Source: an uncultured Candidatus Rokubacteria bacterium
Lineage (GTDB): Bacteria; Methylomirabilota; Methylomirabilia; Rokubacteriales; DASRDR01
Assembly: GCA_963708025.1 (NCBI GenBank)
Contig: CAVPSB010000012.1
Coordinates: 160,001 to 224,000 of the forward strand
Direction: 5' to 3'
Length of the DNA stretch: 64,000 bases
The notes under the pieces were generated by a model. It searched no databases and was not told where the DNA came from. It saw nothing but the letters and a program-made list of their open reading frames with translations. Shown in pieces: positions 49,509 through 61,140 of the stretch. The position numbers were made by a program, and so were the translations under genes. Within the stretch, counting starts at the first letter, position 1. Every line of letters begins with the position of its first letter.

Positions 49509-50777
49509 TCAGGCTCGGGTGCCGCGATGGAGGCGCTGCTCGGTCAGGGTCTCGGCGACGACGCGGCCCCGGCGGACCACGAGGCGCCGGGGCGCCTGGA
49601 GGCGGATCGCCTCGGCCGGCGTGGAGGCGTCCAGCAGCATGAAGTCCGCCCGGTGGCCCGTCTCCACCGCGTAGTCGGGAATCCGGAGCACCCGCGCCGC
49701 GTGGGTCGTCCCCATGGCGAAGACCGTCTCGACCTCGGGGGGGAGGCTCAGGTGGGCGGCGTGGGCGGTTATGAGCGCGACCTCCAGCATGTCGGCCCGC
49801 CCGAACGGGTAGAACGTGTCCTTCACGCAGTCCTGCCCCATCGCCACGTTGACGCCGGCTGCCAGCAGCTCCTTGACGCGCGTGACGCCCCGGCGGACCG
49901 GCTGGCGGTCCAGGCGGCCCTGCAGCATCAGGTTGGTGGCCGGGTTGGTGATCATGTGGACGCCGGCCCGCGCCAGCTTGTCGATGACGGCGCGCGCGTA
50001 GTCGTCCGGGTAGGCGGCGAGCGCGCAGGTGTGGCCGGCGGTCACCCGGCCCTGATAGCCGTTGGCGAGGGTGAGGTCGGCGACGATCTCGAGCGTCCGG
50101 GACGCCGGGTCGTCGGTCTCGTCCACGTGCATGTCGATGTCGCGACCGTGGCGCATCGCGATCTCGAAGCAGATCTCGACGTGGCGGCGGCTGTCGGCGG
50201 GCGACGCCTCGTTGTGCGGCATGCCGCCGACCAGGTCGGCGCCGGCCTCGACGGCCTGCGCGAGCAGGTCGGCCGTCCCGGGGTCCCGGACCACCCCCTC
50301 CTGGGGGAACGCGACGATCTCGACGTCCACCAGGTCGCGGTAGCGCTCGCGGGCCGCCGCCACCCCTTCCAGGGGACGGAGCTTCCCGATCGTGTCCACG
50401 TCCACGTGGGTCCGGATGCGCGTCGTCCCGGTGATCACGGCCGACTCGATGACCTGGCCGGCCCGGCGGACGATCTCGTCCACCGTGTACGCCGCCTTCC
50501 GCTCCCACAGGATCGCGATCGCCTCGCCGAGGGTGCCCGATCGGTTGGGGCGCACGTCCTCGGCCACCAGCACCTTGTCGAGGTGGATGTGGGGGTCGAC
50601 GAAGGCCGGGGCCAGAAGCCGGCCACCCGCCTCGACCTCGCGGGCGCCCCGCGCCGCGACCGCCGGCGCGATCTCCGCGTACCGGCCGCCGGCGACCGCC
50701 ACGTCCCACCGGCCATCCCGGCCCCACAGGCGGGCCTGTCGGATCACGAGGTCGAGGGACGGCTCGGCGGCGCTCAT
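49509..50777 (-). CDS. Cytosine deaminase-like metal-dependent amidohydrolase (CodA family)
   Basis: DPHIHLDK, IRTHVDV, AFPQEG, DMHVDE, AGH and GQDCVKDTFYPFG motifs. Confidence 0.9.
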   Translation of the reverse strand: MSAAEPSLDLVIRQARLWGRDGRWDVAVAGGRYAEIAPAVAARGAREVEAGGRLLAPAFVDPHIHLDKVLVAEDVRPNRSGTLGEAIAILWERKAAYTVDEIVRRAGQVIESAVITGTTRIRTHVDVDTIGKLRPLEGVAAARERYRDLVDVEIVAFPQEGVVRDPGTADLLAQAVEAGADLVGGMPHNEASPADSRRHVEICFEIAMRHGRDIDMHVDETDDPASRTLEIVADLTLANGYQGRVTAGHTCALAAYPDDYARAVIDKLARAGVHMITNPATNLMLQGRLDRQPVRRGVTRVKELLAAGVNVAMGQDCVKDTFYPFGRADMLEVALITAHAAHLSLPPEVETVFAMGTTHAARVLRIPDYAVETGHRADFMLLDASTPAEAIRLQAPRRLVVRRGRVVAETLTEQRLHRGTRA

Positions 50778-50902
50778 CCGTTACTCCTCGGCTCAGGAGC
50801 GACGCGACGGTCGATCATGGCGTGGATCATCCGACTGTATACCAGGATGAGGAAGAGTGGTGGGCGCCGCGCGCGCGGTCAGGATCCCGCCCGGCGGCCG
50901 AG

Positions 50903-52327
50903 TCAACCGGTGGCCGCCGTGACCGGAACGAACAGGCCTCGGTAGTCGTGGATGGCCTCGTCGAGGATCACGTCGCTCGCGAACACGGGACGGCTGAGCG
51001 CGAGGCCGTCCAGGGAGCGACAGCGGCTCAGCGCGACGTACGTCTGGCCGTGGGCGAAGGCCCCGCGTCCGAGATCGAGGTGGACGCGATCGAAGGTCTG
51101 GCCCTGGCTCTTGTGGATCGTGAGCGCCCAGGCCAGCCGGAGCGGGTATTGCTGGAACGTCCCGATCACGCGCTGGTCGATCCGGTTCTCGCGGCGGTTG
51201 AAGACATACTCGACGTTCTCCCAGGTGTGTGGCTCCACCTCGTGCGAGAGACCGTCGATGGCGACGCGAAGCCCGGCGGGGCCGACTTCCTCCACCACGC
51301 CGATGCTCCCGTTGACCCATCGACCGTCGAAATCGTTTCGGAGCATCATGATCCGTGCGCCGACCTTCAGCCGGAGGGTCGGGTCGGTCGGGTAGGAGGA
51401 GGGATCGAACCTGCCGGCCACGACGGCCTCCAGGGCGTGCTCGGGACCTCGAAGGCCTCCGAGGAACGCCAGGTTGATCTGGAGCGCCGCCTGGTTCGTG
51501 GGGGTCAGGGTGACGTACTCGTCGAGGTCCTCCTGCCGCTCGAACGCCCGGACCCGGGCGTTCAGCGACTCCAGCACGCCCCGGTCGAGGCGTCGCTCCC
51601 TGACGGCGTTCAGCAGGTCCAGGAAGTGGGCATCGGTCTGCCGGTAGACTTTCTCGAGATCGGCGACGTGAAGCCGTGTCTCCTGGAAGACCGGAGCCTG
51701 GAAGAAGTAGGGACCGCCGTAGCGATCGGTGAAGTACTCGCGGAGCTCCCGCTCTCTCACGATCGGCGGGAGCTGGAAGAGGTCGCCGATCAGAACGACC
51801 TGGACGCCCCCGAACGGACTGCCCGGCCTGCCTCGCGTGAGCCGGAGGGCCGCGTCGATGCCATCCATGACGTCCGCCCGGACCATCGAGACCTCGTCGA
51901 TGACGAGGGTCTCCAGCCGGCGAAGGAGATCGGCGTGTCGGCTTGGGCGCAGACCCCGGGGGTCGATCAGGCGCGGCGGAAACTTGAAGAAGGAATGAAC
52001 GGTCTGGCCACCGACGTTGATGGCCGCCAGGCCGGTTGGCGCGAGGACGACGAGGGGTTTCTTCGTCGTCGCCCGGAAATAGCGAAGCAGCGTCGACTTG
52101 CCGGTGCCGGCCCTCCCGGTGATGAAGAGACTCTGCGGCGTGTGCTCGATCAGGGCGAGCGCGGTTCGGAAGTCGTCGTTGAGCTCGACGTCGCGAGCGT
52201 CGAATCCCGGATCGAGGCCCGCCGGACACGCGCCCGGTGACGCCGGAGGGCCGTCCGGATGCCGGCCCGGCTGGCTGGACCGGCGATCGCCGCGGCCGGT
52301 GTCTCGATCTGGATGGCCGTGAGTCAC
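50903..52327 (-). CDS. PIF1-like SF1B DNA helicase (start uncertain)
   Basis: ITGRAGTGKS, APTGLAAINVGGQTVHSFF, DEVSM, GDLFQLPP, YRQTD, QYPLRLAWALTIHKSQG and YVALSR motifs. Confidence 0.92.
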   Translation of the reverse strand: MTHGHPDRDTGRGDRRSSQPGRHPDGPPASPGACPAGLDPGFDARDVELNDDFRTALALIEHTPQSLFITGRAGTGKSTLLRYFRATTKKPLVVLAPTGLAAINVGGQTVHSFFKFPPRLIDPRGLRPSRHADLLRRLETLVIDEVSMVRADVMDGIDAALRLTRGRPGSPFGGVQVVLIGDLFQLPPIVRERELREYFTDRYGGPYFFQAPVFQETRLHVADLEKVYRQTDAHFLDLLNAVRERRLDRGVLESLNARVRAFERQEDLDEYVTLTPTNQAALQINLAFLGGLRGPEHALEAVVAGRFDPSSYPTDPTLRLKVGARIMMLRNDFDGRWVNGSIGVVEEVGPAGLRVAIDGLSHEVEPHTWENVEYVFNRRENRIDQRVIGTFQQYPLRLAWALTIHKSQGQTFDRVHLDLGRGAFAHGQTYVALSRCRSLDGLALSRPVFASDVILDEAIHDYRGLFVPVTAATG

Positions 52328-53265
52328 GCTTCGCCGCGCTTGTAGGGGGTGAGGAGCGACCCGGGGTAGGCGGCGCGGCGGGAGACGCTGACCAGGGCCA
52401 CGATGGTCAGGACGTAGGGCAGGATGAGGAAGAACTGGTAGGGGACCGCCTTGAACCCGACGGCCTGGAGGCGGAGCTGGAGGGCGTCGAGGCCGCCGAA
52501 GAAGAGGGTGCCGCCCAGGCACTTCCAGGGCCGCCAGTTCCCGAAGACGACCAGGGCCAGCGCGATCCAGCCGCGGCCGGCGACCATGCCGAAGAGGAAC
52601 ATGTTGAACTGGGCGAGAGAGAGGAAGGCGCCGCCGAGGGCCATCAGGACGCCGCCCGCGACCAGGCAGAGGTAACGGGTGCGAGCCACGCTCACCCCGG
52701 CCACCTCGGCCGCCTTCGGGTTCTCCCCGACCGTGCGGATCGCGAGCCCCAGCGGCGTCCGGAAGAGCAGCACGGACGTCAGCGGGACGAGCAGGAGCGC
52801 GACCCACACCAGCCCGTACTGCTGGAAGAGGATCGGTCCGATCACGGGGAGCTGGCCGAGCCCGGGGATCGTGAGGACCTCGAACGGCCGGACGGCGGGG
52901 GGGATGCTCGGCGAGCCGATCAGCATCCGGTAGACGTACTGGGAGAGCCCGGTGGCGAGGAGCGTGATGCCGAGCCCGCTGACGTGCTGGCTCACGCCGA
53001 GGGTCACCGCCATGAGCGCCATCAGGAGGCCGAGGCCGGCGCCGGCCGCGGCGGCGGCCAGGAGCCCGAGCCAGAGGCTTCCGGTGTGGTAGGCCGCCAG
53101 GTAGCCGGCCATGGCGCCCATCAGCATCGTGCCCTCGATCCCCAGGTTGAGGACGCCGGCCCGCTCGGTGAGCAGCTCGCCCATGGTGGCGAAGAGGAGC
53201 GGCGTGGCCAGCCGCAGCGTCGCCGCCAGGAGGCCCACCAGGAATGCCCACGAGAGAAAATCCAT
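52324..53265 (-). CDS. Nucleoside/sugar ABC transporter permease
   Basis: ERAGVLNLGIEG, GENPKAAEVAGV, GRGWIALA and LPYVLT motifs. Confidence 0.92.
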   Translation of the reverse strand: MDFLSWAFLVGLLAATLRLATPLLFATMGELLTERAGVLNLGIEGTMLMGAMAGYLAAYHTGSLWLGLLAAAAAGAGLGLLMALMAVTLGVSQHVSGLGITLLATGLSQYVYRMLIGSPSIPPAVRPFEVLTIPGLGQLPVIGPILFQQYGLVWVALLLVPLTSVLLFRTPLGLAIRTVGENPKAAEVAGVSVARTRYLCLVAGGVLMALGGAFLSLAQFNMFLFGMVAGRGWIALALVVFGNWRPWKCLGGTLFFGGLDALQLRLQAVGFKAVPYQFFLILPYVLTIVALVSVSRRAAYPGSLLTPYKRGEA

Positions 53266-53267
53266 CG

Positions 53268-54325
53268 TCAGGCGCGCCGTATGCGGATCCGGTAGTCGTT
53301 GAGGAGCAGCGCCGCCAGCATGGTCAGGAGGGTCACGCCCTGCATGACCTCCACGAGGTACGTCGGCACCCCAGTAGCCCGGCTCATGGTCTGGGCTCCG
53401 TTGTTGACGACGCCGAAGAAGAACGCAGCCAGGACCACGCCTACCGGGTGGAGACCGCCCAGCATGGCGACGACGATCCCGGAGTAGCCGTAGCCGGGCG
53501 AGAGGCCCTCCATCAGGTGGAACTGGATGCCCGCCAGCTCCCCGGCGCCCGCGAGCCCCGCCAGGCCGCCGGACAGGAGCGCGGCCAGCGCCACGACCCG
53601 CCTGGTGCGGATCCCCCCGAACTCCGCCGCCCGCGGGTTGGCGCCGGTGGCCCGGATCGCGTAGCCGAGCGGGGTCCGGCTGAGGAGGAGCCAGACCAGC
53701 GCCGCGCAGAGGAAGGCCAGCGGGATGCCGAGGTGGACCCGCGAGCGCTCCAGGAGGATCGGGAGTTGGGCCGCCTCCGCGATGTCGGGCGACTGGGGCC
53801 ACTGGCTGACCGGGTCCCGCCAGGGGCCGTCCACGAGCGCCGAGACGAGGTAGAGCATCACGTAGTTCAGGAGGAGCGTCGTCACGACGTCGTCGACGCG
53901 GAATCGGGCCTTGAGGAGCCCCGGCACCAGGGCCCAGAGGCCTCCGGCCACGGCGCTGGCGATGAGCAGCGCGGGGAGCAGGAGCCCGGGCGCGGTGTCC
54001 GGGAAGCCGAGCGCGAGCCAGGTGGCGGCGACGGCCCCGGCGTAGAGCTGCCCCTCGGCGCCGATGTTCCAGAAGCGGGCGCGAAAGGCCACCGCCACCG
54101 CCAGGCCGGTGAGGATCAGCGGCGCGGTCTTGACGAGCGTCTCGAGAATCGCGAAGCGGCTCCCCAGGGCGCCGGCGAAGAGCGCCGCGTAGGCGGTGGC
54201 CAGGTCGGCTCCCGCCCACACGACGAGCACCGCGCAGAGCGCGAGCGCGGCCGCGACGGCGAGAACCGGGAGCAGGGCCTGCTGCCAGCGGGGGAGGGGG
54301 TGGCGCCGCTCGAAGCGGAGGCCGA

Positions 54326-54329
<4 letters not shown>
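53268..54329 (-). CDS. Nucleoside/sugar ABC transporter permease
   Basis: WNIGAEGQ, TTLLLNYV, GANPRAA and GYGYSGIVVAMLG motifs. Confidence 0.92.
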
Positions 54330-55867
<1,538 letters not shown>

Positions 55868-55886
55868 GCGGGACGTCCGGGCGGTT

Positions 55887-55931
55887 CCCTCTCCCTCCCG
55901 GCCTCGGGGAGGGAGAGGGCCGGGGTGAGGG
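55887..55931. repeat. REP-like palindromic element
   Basis: Minus strand CCTCACCCCGGCCCTCTCCCTCCC...GGGAGGGAGAGGG forms a hairpin. Confidence 0.7.
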
Positions 55932-55937
55932 AGGGGG

Positions 55938-57005
55938 TCAATCGGAGCTGGGCTTGCTCTCGTCCACCGGCGCGCGGAACAGGCCGCTGATGATCTCGGC
56001 CTCCCGCTTCTTCACGAGCTCGACCACGTCCTTGGGGAGCTTCGTCTCCCAGGCGCGCAGCGGGGCCAGCCGGGCGCCGCCCTTCTGCATCATGGTCCAC
56101 TCGGCGTAGTCCATCGCCACGAAGCTGCCCCGGCGGACCGACTCCACGGCGAACTTGACGAGCGGGTACATGTCCCACACCGGGCTGGTGATGACGGTGT
56201 CGGGGGCGAGGGACTGCTGGTCGAGGAGGTTCCCGAACGCCAGCTTTCCGCGCTCCTTGGCGGCGTCGATCACCCCGTAGCGCTCGGCGTAGAGGAGATC
56301 GGCGCCCGCCTCGATCTGGGCCAGGGCCGCTTCCTTGGCCTTCGGCGGGTCGAACCAGCTCCCGATGAACGCCACCTTCACCTTGACGCCCGGGTTGACC
56401 TCGCGGGCGCCCTCCCGGAAGGCGTTGATCAGGCGGTTGACCTCGGGCACCGGGTGGCCGCCCACGACCCCGAGCACGTTGGACTTGGTGAGCTTGCCCG
56501 CGATCATGCCACAGAGGTAGGCGGGCTCGTGGATCCAGTCGTCGAACACCCCGAAGTTCGGCTGGGCGGCGCCGAGCCCGGAGCCGAAGAGGAACTTGAT
56601 CTTGGGGTAGGCCTTCGCCACGCGCCGGGCCGCCTGCTCCTGGCCGAAGGCGTCGCCCATCACGAGGTCGTAGCCCTTCTCGGCGTACTCCCGGACGACG
56701 CGCTCGAAGTCGGCGCCCGCGACCTTCTCCGTCCACTCGTACTGGATTCCCAGGTCCTTCTGGGCGCGCAGGAGCGCCTGGTGGATCGCGCCGTCCCACG
56801 GCTCCTCGATGGGGGTCTGGAAGATCGAGACCACGCGGAGCTTCTTGGCCGGCGCGGCGGCCGGCTTGGCCGGCTCGGGCTTCTTCGGCTGCGCGGGTGC
56901 CGGCTGCGCCTGCGCCCAGGCCGGCGAGGCGTGGACGCCCCCCAGGCCGACCGCGAGTAGGGCCGCAAGGAGCGCTCTCCGGGTGACGATGGCTGACCGT
57001 CTCAT
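55938..57005 (-). CDS. BMP-family (purine/pyrimidine nucleoside) ABC substrate-binding protein with a Tat-like signal
   Basis: TRRALLAA signal, PIEEPWD, WIHEPAYLCGMIAG, FIGSWFDPPKAKEAA. Confidence 0.9.
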   Translation of the reverse strand: MRRSAIVTRRALLAALLAVGLGGVHASPAWAQAQPAPAQPKKPEPAKPAAAPAKKLRVVSIFQTPIEEPWDGAIHQALLRAQKDLGIQYEWTEKVAGADFERVVREYAEKGYDLVMGDAFGQEQAARRVAKAYPKIKFLFGSGLGAAQPNFGVFDDWIHEPAYLCGMIAGKLTKSNVLGVVGGHPVPEVNRLINAFREGAREVNPGVKVKVAFIGSWFDPPKAKEAALAQIEAGADLLYAERYGVIDAAKERGKLAFGNLLDQQSLAPDTVITSPVWDMYPLVKFAVESVRRGSFVAMDYAEWTMMQKGGARLAPLRAWETKLPKDVVELVKKREAEIISGLFRAPVDESKPSSD

Positions 57006-57074
57006 GGCCGCACCTCCTGGTCGTGACGGGAATCCGCTGGGGCCTCGATCGTCGGGGACCGCTCGGTCGGCGCG

Positions 57075-57103
57075 ATTATAGGGCGGGGACGGGGTCCGGA
57101 CAA
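57075..57103 (-). promoter_or_regulatory. Sigma-70 promoter for the ABC/catabolic operon
   Basis: TTGTCC-N17-TATAAT on the minus strand, ~70 bp upstream of ATG 57005. Confidence 0.7.
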
Positions 57104-57263
57104 GCGCCAGCGGTCGCGGGTGAAGAGGACGACGACGGTCTTCATGGCCGCCTCCGTTCAGGCTATCATTTCTCGACGTGGCGAGCCCTTTGGACGTTCT
57201 CCATCGCTCACGGTGGCTGCCGGCCGGCCTCCGCGAGGCCGTCGGACTCCGGGAGACCGGCTC

Positions 57264-58736
57264 GTGATCGACGCGTCGAGCCCGGAGCGGGCCGCCGTCA
57301 ACCGGGCTGAGGCCGCGTGCCGCGCGGCGCGGCGGGCTCAGCTGGCGTGGGCCGCCCGCGATCTCGCCGAGCGGGGTCGGGTGCTGACACGGGCGGGGCA
57401 CCTCCTCGTCGAGGGGACCGAGGCGCTCCCCGCGATCCTGGGCGAGCGCTCCGGCCGGCCGGCGGTCGAGCTGTGGAGCGGCGAGATCCTCCCGACGCTC
57501 GACGCCCTGCGGTGGCTCGTCCGGGACGGCGTCCGCCAGCTGCGCCCGCGCGCTCTGCACCGATCCCGCCTCCAGTGGTACATCAGGGCGACCCGTCACG
57601 AGCTCATCTGGGAGCCGCACGGGGTCGTGGGCGTCGTCACCCCCGGGAACGCCCTCCTCTTCCTCGGGGTCACCCAGATCGCCGCCGCGCTGCTGGCGGG
57701 GAACGCCGTCGTCTGGAAGCCGTCTCCGGCCGGGACGGCCGTGGCGGAGGCGGCGACCGCGCTCTTCGCGAGGGCGGGGCTGCCCGCCGGGCTGCTCGAG
57801 GTCGTCCCCGGCGGGCCGGAGGCGGCGCGGGCGGTGATCGACGCCGGGGTCGACAAGCTCTTCTTCACGGGCGGCTCCGAGGCGGGCCGTGCCCTCTACG
57901 CGCGCCAGGCGGCGCGGGGTCGCCCGGCCGTGCTCGAGCTGTCGGGACGTCACGCGGCGGTAGTGCTGGCGGGCGCCGACCTCGGGCTGACGGCGCGCGG
58001 CATCGCCTTCGGCAAGCTCGCGAACGGGGGCCGGCACTGCGTGTCGGTCCAGCTCGTCCTGGTCGAGCGGGCGGCCGCCGCCGGGTTCCTCGAGGCGATC
58101 CGGGCCGTCCTGAGCGCGCTCCGCGCCGACGCGACTGACCCCGTCAACCCCGGCGAGCGCGGTCGGCTGGATGCGCTGGTCGCCGATGCCGTCGCCCGTG
58201 GGGCGCGCCGGCTGGCGGGCGACGATGGGGGCGTCACGCTGCTCGTGGACGTCGCCCCCGGCATGCGGGTCGTCGACGAGGAAGTGCGCGGGCCGATCCT
58301 GGCCGTGGCCACGGTCGCCTCCGCCGACGAGGCGGTGGCCTGGGTCAACGGCTCCCCCTACCGCCTGTCGGCGAGCGTGTGGGCGGCGCATTCCGCCAGC
58401 GCGCGCCGGGTCGCCGCGCGGCTCGACGTCGGCCAGGTGTGGATCAACGACGCCCTGCACCCGACCGGTCAGCCCGCGGTGACGCTGGCCGGCCGCGGGG
58501 CCAGCGGCTTCGGCGCGAGCCGGGGCCTCGCCGGTCTCCTGGAGATGGTGCAGCCCAAGGTGGTGTCGGAGACGCCGCTCCGCGCTCCGCGCCGGCACTA
58601 CCTGCCGGCGCCGGCCGGCACGGCCGACCTCTTCCGCGCGACCGCGCGACTGGCCGAGGGCGGGCTCCGCGGCCGGGGTCCCGCCGTGCTGGCGCTCCTC
58701 CGCGCCCTGGCCCGCCTCGCCCGAGGCCGCAGATGA
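57264..58736 (+). CDS. Aldehyde dehydrogenase family protein (candidate carotenoid aldehyde dehydrogenase)
   Basis: EPHGVVGVVTPGN, WKPS, FTGG, LELSG, catalytic Cys in GRHCVS, EEVRGP. The carotenoid role is inferred from context. Confidence 0.85.
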   Translation: MIDASSPERAAVNRAEAACRAARRAQLAWAARDLAERGRVLTRAGHLLVEGTEALPAILGERSGRPAVELWSGEILPTLDALRWLVRDGVRQLRPRALHRSRLQWYIRATRHELIWEPHGVVGVVTPGNALLFLGVTQIAAALLAGNAVVWKPSPAGTAVAEAATALFARAGLPAGLLEVVPGGPEAARAVIDAGVDKLFFTGGSEAGRALYARQAARGRPAVLELSGRHAAVVLAGADLGLTARGIAFGKLANGGRHCVSVQLVLVERAAAAGFLEAIRAVLSALRADATDPVNPGERGRLDALVADAVARGARRLAGDDGGVTLLVDVAPGMRVVDEEVRGPILAVATVASADEAVAWVNGSPYRLSASVWAAHSASARRVAARLDVGQVWINDALHPTGQPAVTLAGRGASGFGASRGLAGLLEMVQPKVVSETPLRAPRRHYLPAPAGTADLFRATARLAEGGLRGRGPAVLALLRALARLARGRR

Positions 58737-58933
58737 GACGCCCCACACATTCGGCGTCAATCCTCTTGTTCTACCGGTTGCGTGCCCCTTCGGAACGTCG
58801 GGTTGCCCCCCTCCCCCGGGGGGTGGGGAGGGGTCGCCACAGGCCGAAGGCCGTCGGTTGGTCGGGGTGGGCCCGCCGCCGGAGGGGCGCGACGTCCCGC
58901 GGGCCGTAGGCCCGAGGCGTCGCGGCGAGACGA

Positions 58934-60349
58934 ATGAGCCGCATCGTCGTCGTGGGCGGCGGGCTCGCCGGGCTGTCGGCCGCGCTGGCGCTCTCGGCCC
59001 GGCGCCACGCGGTGACGATCCTCGAGGCCGGCGCCGAGGTGGGCGGCGATGCCCGCCGCGTGGAGGCGGCCGGGGCGCGCATCGACGTCGGGCCCACGGT
59101 CCTCGTCGATCTCGAGCCGCTGCGGGCGCTGTTCGGCGTGGCCGGCGTCCGGCTCGAGGACGCGCTGCCGCTCGCGCGGCTGGACCCGGGGCTCGTCGCG
59201 ACATTCGGTAGTGGCGGTAGTGGTGGTGGCAAGAGCGTGGCCCTTCACGCCGATCCAGCCCGGATGCTCGCCGACCTCGACCACGCCCTCGGCCGCCGGG
59301 CCGTGGCCGACTGGCAGCGGCTCCTGGATCTTGGCGCCCGGGCGGATCGGCTGGCCGCCCACTACTACGCACGCGGCGACGTGGCGGGTCTCCGCGAGCT
59401 CGCGGGCTTCGTGGCTGGCGGCGACGTCCGGCTGCGCGAGCTGTTGCCGTTCGCCCGCCACGGCTCGCTGGCCCGGCTGCTGAACGCCGAGGTGGCGACC
59501 CCGGAGCTGCGGGTCCTGATCGCCCACTTCGCGCGCTTCCTGGGACTCGACGCCCGGCAGGCGCCAGCGGTCACCCTCGTCATCCCGTATCTCCTCGCCA
59601 CCCGCGGGGTCGCCTACCCCATCGGCGGCGTCTCCGCGCTGGCGAAGGCCATCGTCCGGCTCGCCGCCAAGCACGGCGCGGCGCTGGAGACGGGCGAGCG
59701 GGTCGTCGCGCTCGACGTCGCGGGCGGCCGGCTCCGCGCGGTGCGCACGGCCTCCGGCCGGCGATTCGAGGCCGACGGCTGCGTGGCGGCGGTGGACGCC
59801 GGCATTACGGCGGGCTGGCTCCCGGCGACGCCGCTGGCGGCGCGGGTCACCCGACTCGTGCCGACGCTCGCGGCCCGCATCGCCTGGTGGGTGGTGGAGG
59901 GGCGATCGCCGCTCGCGGTCCACAACCGCTTCCACTTCGGTCCGGGCCACGCGGAGCCGCTCTACGTGGCGACGCCCACCGCCAGCGACCCCACCCTGGC
60001 GCCGCCTGGCACCAGCGTGATCTACGCGCTGCTCCACGGACCGCCCGGCGAGGCCGCCTCCGCGGCCTTCGGCGAGCGGCTCCGGGCGGCGGTCGTGGAG
60101 GCTGGCCAGTGGCCCGATGGCCCCGTGCTCGCCCACGGCGTGGCCGGCGGCAGCGAGTCCTGCTACGGCTACGCCATCGGGCCGGGTCTCTTCGCCAGCT
60201 TTCGCCTCGCCCAGCGGGTCGCCGGGATCCCCAACCTCGTCCTCGCCGGCGGTAGCGTCTTTCCCGGGCCCGGCGTGGCGAACGTGGTCCGCTCGGGGCT
60301 CCGCGCGGCGGCGCTCCTCGACGCGACGCTGACCGAGAGCCCGCGATGA
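58934..60349 (+). CDS. Phytoene desaturase-family FAD oxidoreductase (divergent; CrtP/CrtN-like)
   Basis: VVVGGGLAGLSAA, DVGPT, YPIGG and GGSVFPGPGVANVVRSG motifs. Confidence 0.8.
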   Translation: MSRIVVVGGGLAGLSAALALSARRHAVTILEAGAEVGGDARRVEAAGARIDVGPTVLVDLEPLRALFGVAGVRLEDALPLARLDPGLVATFGSGGSGGGKSVALHADPARMLADLDHALGRRAVADWQRLLDLGARADRLAAHYYARGDVAGLRELAGFVAGGDVRLRELLPFARHGSLARLLNAEVATPELRVLIAHFARFLGLDARQAPAVTLVIPYLLATRGVAYPIGGVSALAKAIVRLAAKHGAALETGERVVALDVAGGRLRAVRTASGRRFEADGCVAAVDAGITAGWLPATPLAARVTRLVPTLAARIAWWVVEGRSPLAVHNRFHFGPGHAEPLYVATPTASDPTLAPPGTSVIYALLHGPPGEAASAAFGERLRAAVVEAGQWPDGPVLAHGVAGGSESCYGYAIGPGLFASFRLAQRVAGIPNLVLAGGSVFPGPGVANVVRSGLRAAALLDATLTESPR

Positions 60350-61140
60350 TCCCCGCGCGGCGGTCGGCGCCGATCCTCCGATTCTTCGACCGCTACGTCC
60401 GGCGCTACATCGCGCGCCGGTTCCACCGCTGCCAGCTCTGGGGCGACGAGGCCACGCTCCAGTTCCCGCGCGAGCGGCCGCTCCTGTTCGTGATGAGCCA
60501 CGCCTCCTGGTGGGACGTGCTGGTGGCCCACCACCTGGCACGGGAGGTCGTGCGGGTCAACAGCTACGCGCCGATGGACGAGCCCCAGCTCCGCCGGTAC
60601 CGCATCCTGACGCGCATCGGCCTCTACTCGGTGGATCGCGGATCCACCGCGGGCATGCGCGCCTTCCTCCAGTACACGACCCGCCTCCTCGAGCCGGGCC
60701 GGGCGGTGTGGATCACGCCGCAGGGCGAGATCGCCTCGAGCTGGCGCCGGCCGGTCCGCTTCCAGCCGGGCGTCGGCCACCTGGTGCGCCGGGTACCCCG
60801 GCTGGCCGTGGTGCCGGTGGCGATCGCCTACGAGTTCCTGGAGGAGCCACGCCCGGAGATCTTCGTCCGCTTCGGTCCGGCGCGCGTGTTCGAGGACATC
60901 AGGGAGACGGCCGCGGCGATCACCGGCGTGCTGGAGAAGGACCTCGAGCGGGAGCTGGACGCGCTCCAGACGGCGATCGCGGAGCGGCGGCTGGACGGCT
61001 TCCGGGTGCTGATCGCCGGCGCCACCTCCGCGAGCCTGGTCTACGACCGGGTCCGCGCGATCCGCGCCTGGGCGACCGGGCGTGCGGATCCTCGGCGGCA
61101 CGGCGACGTCGTGTCGGACCCGCGGCGGGGCCGCCCGTGA
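60346..61140 (+). CDS. PlsC-family acyltransferase (CruD-like)
   Basis: SHASWWD (HxxxxD), WITPQG, FQPGVG and YEFLEEPRPE motifs. Confidence 0.85.
   Translation: MIPARRSAPILRFFDRYVRRYIARRFHRCQLWGDEATLQFPRERPLLFVMSHASWWDVLVAHHLAREVVRVNSYAPMDEPQLRRYRILTRIGLYSVDRGSTAGMRAFLQYTTRLLEPGRAVWITPQGEIASSWRRPVRFQPGVGHLVRRVPRLAVVPVAIAYEFLEEPRPEIFVRFGPARVFEDIRETAAAITGVLEKDLERELDALQTAIAERRLDGFRVLIAGATSASLVYDRVRAIRAWATGRADPRRHGDVVSDPRRGRP

Noticed and set aside
50774-50830. 18-aa ORF ending in ATGA at the deaminase start, as a leader peptide
   Set aside because: No regulatory codon pattern or attenuator was seen, and the overlap could arise by chance.
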